IMG/VR virus record: IMGVR_UViG_3300013233_000093 | Location: 62,001 to 126,000 of that record | DNA length: 64,000 nucleotides | Direction: 5' to 3' (one strand) | Shown here: positions 28,374-37,777 of the stretch, one piece after another | Layout of the letters: each line of letters begins with the position of its first letter | How positions within the stretch are numbered: position 1 is the first letter of the stretch | Translations under genes and position numbers: made by a program | The notes under the pieces: generated by a model | What the model was told of the DNA's origin: nothing | Seen by the model: only the letters and a program-made list of their open reading frames with translations | Database searches by the model: none

Positions 28374-29432
28374 ATGCAATCAGTAGTGGTCACCAAAGCC
28401 CTGGACGTGATACAGGCATGTGCAGAACACAACCAGTTTAACGAAGTCACAGGGCTGAAGAAAATGATCCGGCTTATTCCGGGGGCAGAGTTAAACGCAT
28501 ACGTGGCGTTGCGTATTCGGGATGCGATTAAACTGTTCAGTCCCAGCATCGATTTCTACGTATACTTCTACGGAGATATCAGTCTGCACGACTTGTGCGC
28601 GTATTCATTAGTGCCATCTGAAAATCGCTTTATAGGTAAAGACGCGATCCTGTCATTCGAGACTTCCCATCGTACGTTTAAAGACGTGGAGTTTAGTAAT
28701 TTTGCTGCGTATGCTTCTCTAGATGACGATGTCACCTCCAGAGCTCTGTCAGCGGCCGCTATGGGCTTTAACTACCCAGCAGAGACCTTACGCAAGTTCG
28801 CAGTGAACTCCATTGCTACGGGCGCTAAGGAGCTCCTTAATGAAGGCATCTTCACGCGTTACATTGGCATACACGAGCCACGTTTTAACGAAGTCACAAT
28901 GCTAGATAAAGAACGCACTGCCTCCGACCTAATTATACCCAGTAGCGAGCATAACTGGTATATCGACGGGGAGATCACACCGGATGTCTGTGCTGACACA
29001 TTACAATGGCTGGAGTCTGTAAGGTCGTCCGGTGATACGGAAGTGACCATTTGGTTTAACTCGCCACACAACACGCATATGAAAGACGGCATGTTGCTGG
29101 CATCTATCTTTGAGTCTGTGAACTTAAAGATCGTGGGCATAGCAGCTGGTGAATTAGCTGGTGGGTCTGTAATGGCATTTGCTGGTTGTAATAACGGTGA
29201 TCGTTTGACGCTTACTAATACGGAGTTTCTGTTGTCTCCGTACAAGATCGATCAATTGACCAGTCGGCAATCTGACTTGTTAAAACATATACAAGCCGGT
29301 AAGTTATGGTACGAACGTCTGGCTAAGTTTACATTAAACAAGAAAGACGCCTTACGTGACGTTTTAAATCAAGAACCAAGGATCTTAGGTTCTGACATCA
29401 TTAACTACGGCATTGCAGATGCAATGATTTAA
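28374..29432 (+). CDS. ClpP-like protein with two tandem domains; catalytic residues apparently lost
   Basis: C-half follows the ClpP pattern (YIDGEI, IWFNSP, G…A…AG, DR, YGIAD); N-half shows a weaker second copy. Confidence 0.65.
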   Translation: MQSVVVTKALDVIQACAEHNQFNEVTGLKKMIRLIPGAELNAYVALRIRDAIKLFSPSIDFYVYFYGDISLHDLCAYSLVPSENRFIGKDAILSFETSHRTFKDVEFSNFAAYASLDDDVTSRALSAAAMGFNYPAETLRKFAVNSIATGAKELLNEGIFTRYIGIHEPRFNEVTMLDKERTASDLIIPSSEHNWYIDGEITPDVCADTLQWLESVRSSGDTEVTIWFNSPHNTHMKDGMLLASIFESVNLKIVGIAAGELAGGSVMAFAGCNNGDRLTLTNTEFLLSPYKIDQLTSRQSDLLKHIQAGKLWYERLAKFTLNKKDALRDVLNQEPRILGSDIINYGIADAMI

Positions 29433-29433
29433 C

Positions 29434-29481
29434 CACATACAGATCAGCTCCTTAAGGAGCTGATCTTATGTCGTATATTAC
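29434..29481 (+). repeat. 48-bp hairpin-TATG element, copy 3
   Basis: One mismatch relative to copy 1 (4861). Confidence 0.9.
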
Positions 29482-29496
29482 CTAAAGGATAGTGAG

Positions 29497-31053
29497 ATGG
29501 ATAGTAGTATGGTGAGTGAGTTGGAGTATGCTGAGTTGGTGTTGGATGGGGTGCTTAGTGGTCGGGTTATTAAGATCTATGAGGAGTCTGATAGTATAGC
29601 TGGTATGCTTTGCCTAGACAAAGACCGTGTGGAGTGGGTGTCTGGCGACTCCATAGGCGCAGACACCGTAGCTGGCATGCAGTTTATAGGTAGAGCTTTT
29701 AAGGCTGTATGGCGTCTGATAGTCCGTGCAGTGATGGCGGTAGTAAACGGCCTTAAAAGACTCTGGGAGTGGCTTACCGGAGGTAAGGGCAGCACTAATC
29801 CGGATACTCCTGGTAGTGTGTATGAAGAGAAGCCCACTCCTGTGGGAGGAGTCATAGGCAAGGAAATGGCTAAGGAAGACAAGGCTAACGTAGAGACCGC
29901 GCTCGCCGTAGCAGAGCTAGACGAGAAGGGAGTGGATATAGAAAAAGCGGCGGAAGAAGCGGCAAGACAAGACGCCGCCAAAGTTGAACGTCGTAAGGCT
30001 GAAGCTGCCGAGGAGGCCAGACGTCGTAAGGACGGGGCGCGTGCAGCGCGCGATAAACAGGAGGCTGAATCAAAAAGGATCAATGATGAACGTATGGCCA
30101 GGGAAGAAGAAGAGGCCAAAATAGCACTGAAGCGTCATCGCAAGGAAGCACTGGCCGCAGAACTAAAAAGGAAGGAAGAACTGCTGCAACGAGCTAGGAA
30201 ACTCGACGGGCTATCGTTCACTATTGAAATACCTGACACGATGAGAGTATTTAAACAGTCTGATATTGCCAGCATAGAGCGAGACGCCATTATAACGGAA
30301 AATCGCGTCGATTATGAAACCATGCGGTCATACTTAGCTAAGTCTACTGAAGCAATCATTGCAATGGGCGATGCCGGGCTGAAGTATTTGACGTTAGGCG
30401 TAGCCTCGTTGTATCGGGCATATCCACAAGACGGCGAGTTTACCGATAAGACACGCGATAGTATAAACAGTGCCATATCGAATGTAACCGATGGCTACGT
30501 AAAACATGCAGCCAACACACTGCGCGTATTATTGCATGGTCATGAAAAGACATACCGCACCAGCCTTGTGGTTGGCGAACGCATGACCGGAAACATGGGC
30601 GGGGGCGATGCGTATCTGGTAACGGTTAGCGCAACGCCTGTAGATGGACAGCTGTCCGTGACATCATCCCTTGTGCCAGCTAAGACAAGACCTGCGCTTA
30701 AATATGTAATGTTTAATGGCACCGAGCTGTCAAATAAAAATATGGTGGACTCGCATTACGAGACGAGGGTGTACGTCAGAGACTTAAATCAGGCCAGCGA
30801 GGCACAAGCTGAAGCACTCGCGGATGCCATCCGCGAGTTTAACGGTTACGTAAAGAAGTTAGACGGCAAGCCGGGTGCTGAGGTTATCACGGACGTTATT
30901 AAAAATGTGATATCGCTAGGAACCGTGGGTGGTACTGCAATAGGCAATGTCGTAAAGCGCCTGTCGAAGTATCAAGCAGCGACCGCAAACGAAGCTGTGT
31001 TCCGCAAAGACTTGTTTATAAACATATTAGACAACGAACCCATGCCCAAATAA
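29497..31053 (+). CDS. Inner-head paralogue family protein (518 aa)
   Basis: First ~150 aa highly similar to 4926; TVAGMQ followed by an amphipathic helix. Confidence 0.7.
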   Translation: MDSSMVSELEYAELVLDGVLSGRVIKIYEESDSIAGMLCLDKDRVEWVSGDSIGADTVAGMQFIGRAFKAVWRLIVRAVMAVVNGLKRLWEWLTGGKGSTNPDTPGSVYEEKPTPVGGVIGKEMAKEDKANVETALAVAELDEKGVDIEKAAEEAARQDAAKVERRKAEAAEEARRRKDGARAARDKQEAESKRINDERMAREEEEAKIALKRHRKEALAAELKRKEELLQRARKLDGLSFTIEIPDTMRVFKQSDIASIERDAIITENRVDYETMRSYLAKSTEAIIAMGDAGLKYLTLGVASLYRAYPQDGEFTDKTRDSINSAISNVTDGYVKHAANTLRVLLHGHEKTYRTSLVVGERMTGNMGGGDAYLVTVSATPVDGQLSVTSSLVPAKTRPALKYVMFNGTELSNKNMVDSHYETRVYVRDLNQASEAQAEALADAIREFNGYVKKLDGKPGAEVITDVIKNVISLGTVGGTAIGNVVKRLSKYQAATANEAVFRKDLFINILDNEPMPK

Positions 31054-31055
31054 CA

Positions 31056-31097
31056 GCATAAGCCATCACCGACTAACGTCGGTGATGGCATCTATGC
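31056..31097. terminator. GCATA-hairpin-TATGC element between convergent genes
   Basis: gccatcaccgac-taac-gtcggtgatggc. Confidence 0.7.
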
Positions 31098-31568
31098 ATC
31101 TTCTAAGTCATCTGGATCGGTGACCAACTGACGTAACTCATTCACGTACTTCTCATAGCACAAGTCATGCAGTACGAAGTAATCAGCCGGATGCATCTCC
31201 ATTATATCCCTCATGGACATATTAAGATACGTTGGCATATTAGCTCCGATGATCTGCTTGGCGATCTGCTTGGCTACCGAGTGTTTCGGTATCTGTGAGA
31301 AGGCATGGTGTGTCACGCCTGGTATTGGGTTCTTAGGGGAGAACCCTTCATGGACACCCATGAGTATATCTAACGTGTTAGAAGCGCTTACACGCGCTCC
31401 TATGCCGTCCATATACACAGGTTGAGATAAGATGTTATCCACGATCGCTTCCGACTGTTCCTTAGTCGGACGATAACTGGGGCTAAGCTGAGGTATGGTG
31501 CGCTTCTCTAGCGTTTTGCTCTTACTCCCTGGGACGTCTTTCTCGACATATGTTGTTCCCGCCTCCAT
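31092..31568 (-). CDS. T4 gp51-like assembly factor; probably the -1 frameshift extension of the upstream ORF
   Basis: YLNMSMRDIMEMHPADY motif; no clear SD at its ATG; its frame opens just before the slippery site at 31580-31586. Confidence 0.6.
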   Translation of the reverse strand: MEAGTTYVEKDVPGSKSKTLEKRTIPQLSPSYRPTKEQSEAIVDNILSQPVYMDGIGARVSASNTLDILMGVHEGFSPKNPIPGVTHHAFSQIPKHSVAKQIAKQIIGANMPTYLNMSMRDIMEMHPADYFVLHDLCYEKYVNELRQLVTDPDDLEDA

Positions 31569-33127
31569 ACCATTAAGTCTAAAAAATAGTCAACCACGTT
31601 CACGGGAATGATGCCACGCGCCTTGTCGATTCCTTCAGCCTGTGACTCGCCGCACTTAGGACATTCGTAGTTGGTAAAGCCCGTAAAGCTAAACTGCACG
31701 TCCTCGCGATAGTTGTTGATAAGCCCAGTGATCTGAGACTCCATCTCTTCATCAGCACTGAACTGTTCAAGGTACTCGCCAATGGTGTCCACGTCACTTA
31801 CTGTAATCACTTCGTCGTCATCAGGAGACAGTTTAAACTGCACTGATTCAATCCAACAAGCATGTCGTGACAACGTAAGCGCTTTCTGGTATTGCACCAT
31901 GTACTCGTTACGCTTGGTCTCGCGTTCTTCACCGTCCAGGTCTTCACCCATGTTAAGTGAAACATTGACCATGTTCACCACACCGTTTACCCAATGATTG
32001 CCACGAGACTCGTAGACATCCACGTGAGGGATCTTAAGGTACAGTGAGTAATCCACATCACCACCGCTGACAATCACTTTACGCTCTGAACGATTCACAG
32101 ATTCTTGATACGCCAGAATCTCTTCACCGGTATGGACTTCCATCATGAAGTTACGGTTATCCAGTGTAAGGGAGTTACCGTCAATGAAATGCATGCGCCG
32201 GAAGTAGATAAGGCCAGAGACGTCAAACTCACGACCATCCAAACTGGCTTTAAGTTGTTCTTCAGTGCTGTACGTACAAGTAGTGCCTTCATTCTTACAG
32301 CGTTGGATACTCGGATAGCCGCCTGGGTAGATGGATTCCAAACACGCAGTAAAGATAGAGTGAATGTCAGTAGCCAGTAACAAAGACTTAAGTGTCTGCA
32401 GATCTCCCTGCATCCAGCCTTTGATGTTAGTAGACATAGCGTGACTTAAGCAGAAGTCAAGCAGGTCCATAGTGAGCTTCACGTCACCACCCGAGATCAG
32501 ATACCCAGCAGTGTCGTAACCGATGTCCATACGACGCGAGATCAAGATGTTACTGATAGTCAGCATCTCAGTCAGCTTAAAGTTACCAAAGGTGATGGTA
32601 ATGCCTGAGTGTACGCACTGTACCTCGCCCGGACCACCCATGCCAAGACTGGTCTGCAACGCAGTCACTGCCGCAGCGCCTTTAAGATGCGCCTTACCTT
32701 TAGTCGATACGTTTAGACGCTTGATGCCCACGGCACCTTTACTGCAATCCAAACGCTGCTGCCATTCTGCATCTTCGCGATCAAACACAGAGTTGTATTC
32801 GTCGTGACCCCAATGACCGCGCATGGGACGTAACAGGCCTTGACTGTACGCTTCTAACTCAGATTCAAAGGTATCTTGAGTGGCTTCATTCCATGAAGAC
32901 TTCGCATACTCCATGAGTTGTTCTTCGTACTCTTCGCGAGATGCACGAGACATGGGCACGTCTTTTACACGATAACGAACCTTTGCCACTGCATCGGCAG
33001 GAAACGCTGAGTATGTATCACGGATCTTGGTCGTCTTTGGTTTTGTTTCAATGGTCGGGGCGGTGTCCACCTCGACCTTAACAGCCGCAACTGTTTCGTC
33101 TGACGGCACACTTGATTCGCTACTCAT
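31508..33127 (-). CDS. T4 gp26-like baseplate/tail assembly chaperone with C-terminal Zn ribbon
   Basis: YPGGYP…C…C and NYECPKCG motifs; ends near a YF(L/F) slippery site. Confidence 0.6.
   Translation of the reverse strand: MSSESSVPSDETVAAVKVEVDTAPTIETKPKTTKIRDTYSAFPADAVAKVRYRVKDVPMSRASREEYEEQLMEYAKSSWNEATQDTFESELEAYSQGLLRPMRGHWGHDEYNSVFDREDAEWQQRLDCSKGAVGIKRLNVSTKGKAHLKGAAAVTALQTSLGMGGPGEVQCVHSGITITFGNFKLTEMLTISNILISRRMDIGYDTAGYLISGGDVKLTMDLLDFCLSHAMSTNIKGWMQGDLQTLKSLLLATDIHSIFTACLESIYPGGYPSIQRCKNEGTTCTYSTEEQLKASLDGREFDVSGLIYFRRMHFIDGNSLTLDNRNFMMEVHTGEEILAYQESVNRSERKVIVSGGDVDYSLYLKIPHVDVYESRGNHWVNGVVNMVNVSLNMGEDLDGEERETKRNEYMVQYQKALTLSRHACWIESVQFKLSPDDDEVITVSDVDTIGEYLEQFSADEEMESQITGLINNYREDVQFSFTGFTNYECPKCGESQAEGIDKARGIIPVNVVDYFLDLMVWRREQHMSRKTSQGVRAKR
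31580..31586 (-). promoter_or_regulatory. Candidate -1 programmed frameshift heptamer U_UUU_UUA
   Basis: In frame (TAT TTT TTA, codons 514-516); the -1 frame reads FFRLNG-MEAGTT… into ORF 31092..31568. Confidence 0.65.
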
Positions 33128-33617
33128 TTACAATCTCCTCGTCCGATAATAATTCCACGTCGTCATCGACAACCGGTGTTTCAGCATCACCTGCCTTGCT
33201 TTCTACACGGTCAATCACTACTGCCAGTTCACCCAAGGCACCTACTGCATCGTGCATGACCATTTCGTGCACGTCGGAAATAACGGTGTGCAAGTTTAAG
33301 AACGTGCTCACTTCATGATCCCGTACAGGACCGCGTTTGGCAGGCAACTCTAATTCCGCAATGGCGGTCAGACGTTGGCGTCCGTCAGACAACGCCAGCG
33401 CACCGCTGTGCACCAGCGACTTCTCAGCATCGGTCAACTCACCGGACAATGGCATCGTGGTGTACATGCGGAAACCATTGGCGGTTTCTGTGATCAAGTT
33501 TTCGATGGTACGGATCAGTTGGTTCAGGTCACGCCAAAGCATTCTTTTGTGTTGCTCCTTAGGTTTAATGATCTTTTTCTTACGTTTACAAGTGCGTTTA
33601 TTTTTTAACTTTTTCAT
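33120..33617 (-). CDS. Hypothetical protein (basic N-terminus, helical)
   Basis: AGGA SD; overlaps the next start by 8 nt. Confidence 0.7.
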   Translation of the reverse strand: MKKLKNKRTCKRKKKIIKPKEQHKRMLWRDLNQLIRTIENLITETANGFRMYTTMPLSGELTDAEKSLVHSGALALSDGRQRLTAIAELELPAKRGPVRDHEVSTFLNLHTVISDVHEMVMHDAVGALGELAVVIDRVESKAGDAETPVVDDDVELLSDEEIVNE

Positions 33618-33707
33618 GACGTATCCTACTGTTGTGTATGTGTAGTATTCCTTAAATAATAATAAATAATGCTTTGATGCTATGTATATTCACAAATAGA
33701 GATTATC

Positions 33708-34529
33708 ATGAACGAACTACCAGAGGTATTGTCGTATTCTACATGGGTATTACCCGTCCCAGTTGTAGAAACCATTGTTAAGATCGAAGCCCTATTCGGG
33801 TTCCTAGATTACACAGGACATCTGACCGAACTGGAAGACACTATGTCTTCATCGGATCTTCCTACGTCTGCATTGTCGCACGACATTAGAGACGCGTATG
33901 CAAAGCACATCCACCTGGTCGCCAAACAGTTTGGTGTGTATCTGACCGATGCCGTGTCGTTAGCAAAGGCGCTGTCCATAGTCACGGCGTTACACGACTT
34001 AGGAAACCCAGAGGTTACAATGGGGTTAGAGGTAGAGATAGATGATCACGATGTCGTGTTCACACTGATGAACTATCTCATTGCTGTATCTGATCTGACT
34101 ACTTCTGATCTGATTGATGCGTTTGAGGAGATCGAGCCTGCATTGGTGGAACGCATAAAAGAATCCACAGATGAAGAGGCGGAAGTAGACGAGATGCATG
34201 ACGTTGCGGTAAACCGATATCGTAAGTACATGTCCACCGTCACCCGCGGTCATGGTTTCGAGTCCATCAAGAACCTTAAAACGTTTCCGTACACTTTAGA
34301 GTACGCCTTGCTAGGACTGAATAAGTCCTACGTAAACACACTATCTCCTGAAGAGTTGACTACTGAGTTGGCAGGACTTATCTTAGGTTCAACACTTAAG
34401 CCGAAAGACTTGATTGTGGATAGCTCTGATTTACTAATGGATTATCTAGGCGTGGTAAAATACGTAACAGTGCAATCCAATCTACGTGCCATCCTAACGC
34501 CGTATACGGAGGAAATATTAAGTGAATAA
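33708..34529 (+). CDS. Conserved hypothetical protein (phiKZ gp79-like position)
   Basis: Acidic helical ORF coupled to the vRNAP gene. Confidence 0.7.
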   Translation: MNELPEVLSYSTWVLPVPVVETIVKIEALFGFLDYTGHLTELEDTMSSSDLPTSALSHDIRDAYAKHIHLVAKQFGVYLTDAVSLAKALSIVTALHDLGNPEVTMGLEVEIDDHDVVFTLMNYLIAVSDLTTSDLIDAFEEIEPALVERIKESTDEEAEVDEMHDVAVNRYRKYMSTVTRGHGFESIKNLKTFPYTLEYALLGLNKSYVNTLSPEELTTELAGLILGSTLKPKDLIVDSSDLLMDYLGVVKYVTVQSNLRAILTPYTEEILSE

Positions 34530-35892
34530 ATACGAGATGTTTGTCGCAGCGTACAAGTCCAAACTCGTCTATAACCGGACATGGCTGCTGCGTGCGTTTA
34601 CAGTGCCGCATCCCACCGATAACGAGGACTTAAAGGATTTCCTATCACTGAGCATAGAAGATCGCGTAAAGGCCTCTACGGGCAGTCACGGCAGCGACGA
34701 TGCATTCTACTTCTCAGACATATACTTGCGTGCCCGCTACGACGAGTTCAAGCCCGGGTATATGTACACCGATCAATCCGGCACGGTAATGTCTTTGACG
34801 CCGTCTATGGAGTTTACGGCAGTCACGGGACTGACTGCAAACGAACCTGTATACACAGTCACAGAACCGGTCAATGTAAAGGCAGATGACATATTGATGG
34901 TCAAGGAGGACACAAAGTCATATTACAGTACGTTAGTCACCAATCTACTGTTGTTTGAATTTGCCTTCGGTGATAAGTTCCCGTACTGGAATAAAGCGTT
35001 TGACTCTCGGTCACTGGACTCTGCTATCGCAGCAGCGCTAAAGGACGGAACTATCGATGTGCCGGAACGACTTAAACATTCGGTAGGCGTGGGAATGTTG
35101 TACATATTCACCGTGGTGGCTGTGCCGTCGGCTTCGCCTAAGTCTGCGACATCCAACCCCGAGTCACGGGTGCTGCGTGCTAAGCTACTCGAGAAGTATA
35201 AGGACGAGTTAGACAATCCGGTGATCCAGTCTAAGATCGAGGCGGAACTCATTAAGTTGGACAGGGAGTGGCTTAAAGGTGATGATTCGGAAGGCTTTCA
35301 AACTAAGAAAATGTTTAACGTTACCCGTAAACGCATGTTCGGGATCTTTGGTGGTGAACCGACTTTGGAAAACCCGGGTAAATATGATTTGGCCGTGCCG
35401 TCGCTTGAAGAAGGGGTGGAGATCAAAGATCTACCTATGGCGGTAAACTCCCTGCGCATGGGTTCGTATAACCGTGGTGCAGCGACTGCACTGGGTGGTA
35501 CTGATGCTAAGTTCGGTGGTAGGATGTACCAGAACACGTCATTGATAGAAGAAGATTGTGGATCAGTTATCGGATTGCCCACGGTAGTGACGTCCTTTAA
35601 TAAGTCTAAACTAACGGGCAGGTACGTGGTCGTTAAAGGCAAAACAAAGAAGATTGGAGATACTTCTAAACTTGTAGGCAACCACGTTATGTTACGCGCA
35701 CCCGCACGCTGTCGCGCAGCTGACGGCAACTACTGTCCCACATGCATGGGCGATTCCGTGGTGGATTCTAAGATCGGTCCAGGGCCACAGGCGTTTTCTG
35801 TAGGTAATAACTTCCTGCAAATCTCACTGTCTCTGTTTCACGGCAGAGCCATGGAGTCTGCTCGATATAAGTACAAAGAGGCGATCCAGTGA
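34522..35892 (+). CDS. rpoC: Virion RNA polymerase beta' subunit, middle part (phiKZ gp80-like)
   Basis: SLEEG, RMGSYNRGAATALGG (bridge helix), EEDCGS and LRAPARC…CPTCMG motifs. Confidence 0.88.
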   Translation: MNKYEMFVAAYKSKLVYNRTWLLRAFTVPHPTDNEDLKDFLSLSIEDRVKASTGSHGSDDAFYFSDIYLRARYDEFKPGYMYTDQSGTVMSLTPSMEFTAVTGLTANEPVYTVTEPVNVKADDILMVKEDTKSYYSTLVTNLLLFEFAFGDKFPYWNKAFDSRSLDSAIAAALKDGTIDVPERLKHSVGVGMLYIFTVVAVPSASPKSATSNPESRVLRAKLLEKYKDELDNPVIQSKIEAELIKLDREWLKGDDSEGFQTKKMFNVTRKRMFGIFGGEPTLENPGKYDLAVPSLEEGVEIKDLPMAVNSLRMGSYNRGAATALGGTDAKFGGRMYQNTSLIEEDCGSVIGLPTVVTSFNKSKLTGRYVVVKGKTKKIGDTSKLVGNHVMLRAPARCRAADGNYCPTCMGDSVVDSKIGPGPQAFSVGNNFLQISLSLFHGRAMESARYKYKEAIQ

Positions 35893-36386
35893 TCATTTCT
35901 GACTACATGCATTTAAGCTTCAATGGTACACTAGAGGGCATATGGGAGCCACAAGACCCAGCTGGAGAGGATGTCGTCGAGGTGTACGAAGGTGATGAAG
36001 AAGCAAGCAGTATCTACTTAGAACCTTCCATGCCACGGATCTCACTCGGACCAACCGTAGAACTCTGCTTTCTGGCGATCTACCCTAATGTGTCAAAGTA
36101 CTTCGAAGAGCATGATTACCCGTATTTGCAGTTTCACGTATACAGGCCAGTCATAACAGGAAAGACGGTTGTGGTTACGCATGAGGAGTTAACTGCTAGA
36201 AGGTTGGTGCACGACGCCCATGTTACAAAGGAGTGCGTTATAACCACACCCACTAAGATGGTGCATGACAGAGTAGTTAAGGTAATGAATACAAACAAAA
36301 GCAAAGATCTTTATTACCGTCCCTTTAACGACACGCAGTATCCTCGTAAGTATCTTGGACCTAAGAGCATAGAAGTGGTGGATTAA
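35889..36386 (+). CDS. Hypothetical protein (possible ADP-ribosyltransferase-like fold)
   Basis: HLSF…P…P, PRISLG and DAHVTKE pattern; GTGA coupling. Confidence 0.55.
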   Translation: MIISDYMHLSFNGTLEGIWEPQDPAGEDVVEVYEGDEEASSIYLEPSMPRISLGPTVELCFLAIYPNVSKYFEEHDYPYLQFHVYRPVITGKTVVVTHEELTARRLVHDAHVTKECVITTPTKMVHDRVVKVMNTNKSKDLYYRPFNDTQYPRKYLGPKSIEVVD

Positions 36387-36388
36387 CT

Positions 36389-36422
36389 ATATAGACTATC
36401 CCGTAGTGGGATAGTCTATATG
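36389..36422. terminator. 14-bp hairpin ending in TATG
   Basis: atatagactatccc-gtagt-gggatagtctatat. Confidence 0.7.
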
Positions 36423-36542
36423 CTCTATTTCTGTGTTCGTCGTAATTATCGGTCTATATTACTTTAGTGATACTTAGGTAATAATACTTAGGTACGTTGT
36501 TCTAAACTATTAGATCTCTTATTAGAGATCAAAGGATTTAAA
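36423..36542 (+). repeat. Type-A cassette leader, copy 2 (TATATTAC at 36455-36462)
   Basis: First ~70 nt identical to copy 1. Confidence 0.9.
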
Positions 36543-36782
36543 ATGAAATTAGTAAAAGAGTTCGAAAATGTCACACATGTGATTTTCAGTGGTACCGATC
36601 TCTTTGTCATGATGTGCGACGGCGAGGAAGACACCAGTGGTAATCTTCCACTTCCCACTGGTGTCTGCGAGCGGTTCACACTGTCAAGCCATGGCATGAC
36701 AGTCGAGTTTTCAGGCTCTAAATACGAATACATCGCCGAAACCGACGAGGAGTCGGGATGGGTAGGGATCTACGAGAAGTAG
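36543..36782 (+). CDS. Small early protein, MKL(I/V)K…IYE family (79 aa)
   Basis: MKLVKEF…WVGIYEK; AAAGGA SD. Confidence 0.8.
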   Translation: MKLVKEFENVTHVIFSGTDLFVMMCDGEEDTSGNLPLPTGVCERFTLSSHGMTVEFSGSKYEYIAETDEESGWVGIYEK

Positions 36783-36788
36783 ATCCCG

Positions 36789-36821
36789 CCTCCCCTTCGG
36801 GGGAGGTTTTCTTTTTTCTTT
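36789..36821 (+). terminator. Intrinsic terminator of cassette 2
   Basis: cctcccc-ttcg-ggggagg followed by a T tract. Confidence 0.85.
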
Positions 36822-36837
36822 ATTAGGACTCGATAGA

Positions 36838-36895
36838 TATTCAAAACTATATCACTATTATGATGGACAACGTGTTGTTGTCTTTAGACTAGAAG
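36838..36895 (+). promoter_or_regulatory. Type-B early promoter plus leader hairpin (gacaac-gtgtt-gttgtc)
   Basis: Exact 26-mer plus a leader shared with 56545 and 62768. Confidence 0.8.
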
Positions 36896-36905
36896 AGAAT
36901 AAATT

Positions 36906-37673
36906 ATGTCATACGTAGATAAACCGCTGGGAGAGGCATTACACATCTTTTCAGAACCGGGCGTTAAACCGTCATACCACTTCGCATGCAATAAAATGGA
37001 TTCACAGGGTGCTAAAAACTCGGTGGCTTTTGCACCGGCAGAGCTGTACGCAGCATCGTTACGCGCCCGGGCGTGTGTATCAACAGACGACACCGTGATA
37101 CCGATTAGAATTTACACTACTAGGTCACTTGGCGCTAGAGAATGTGTCATCCGGAGATCTAATGCCGCTGTTATGCCATCGCACGTCGATAACTTGGTAG
37201 AGTGGCTAATCGATAACCCTACCGAGTATACAGAGTTAGAATGCATGCACCACGGACAGGCGTGTAAAAATATACCCCGTAATAACCGACCTTTGAACGA
37301 GGTACCGTTAAAGCTTGCGCAGTGGTACAAAGAACAACAGGATGCCTTTAATGCCTTTGCACTACTCAACGCATCTTCTGTTTTTGGATTTACAGACGAG
37401 GCAGGCGTAGATAGATATATCCCACACACCGTAACCGTAACCACAGACACAGTCCCGTTAAATATACTTGTAATGCATGACTCTTTTGGCGATGGATATC
37501 TACGCGTTACAATAAAAAACACAGATGCCGGAGACGTAATCAGAGCGGAATTAATAGACGTGGATCTTATCCATATCACAATGAAAACAAAACACGGTCT
37601 AGTTGTGCAGAAGTGGAGACCTTCTCACGCTTTACGCGCCATGGCGTTTATGCATTCAACTTCACACAAATAG
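36906..37673 (+). CDS. Hypothetical early protein
   Basis: 255-aa ORF directly behind a type-B promoter. Confidence 0.7.
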   Translation: MSYVDKPLGEALHIFSEPGVKPSYHFACNKMDSQGAKNSVAFAPAELYAASLRARACVSTDDTVIPIRIYTTRSLGARECVIRRSNAAVMPSHVDNLVEWLIDNPTEYTELECMHHGQACKNIPRNNRPLNEVPLKLAQWYKEQQDAFNAFALLNASSVFGFTDEAGVDRYIPHTVTVTTDTVPLNILVMHDSFGDGYLRVTIKNTDAGDVIRAELIDVDLIHITMKTKHGLVVQKWRPSHALRAMAFMHSTSHK

Positions 37674-37725
37674 GAGAAAGCACATTTTACGGTGTTACGC
37701 CATTTAATGAACGAAGAGGAATAGT

Positions 37726-37760
37726 GCATAGACTACCTGCTCCTAGGAGCAGGTAGTCTA
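37726..37760. terminator. GCATA plus 32-bp perfect palindrome between convergent genes
   Basis: tagactacctgctcct|aggagcaggtagtcta. Confidence 0.75.
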
Positions 37761-37777
37761 CTAAGCTGTTTTTATTT

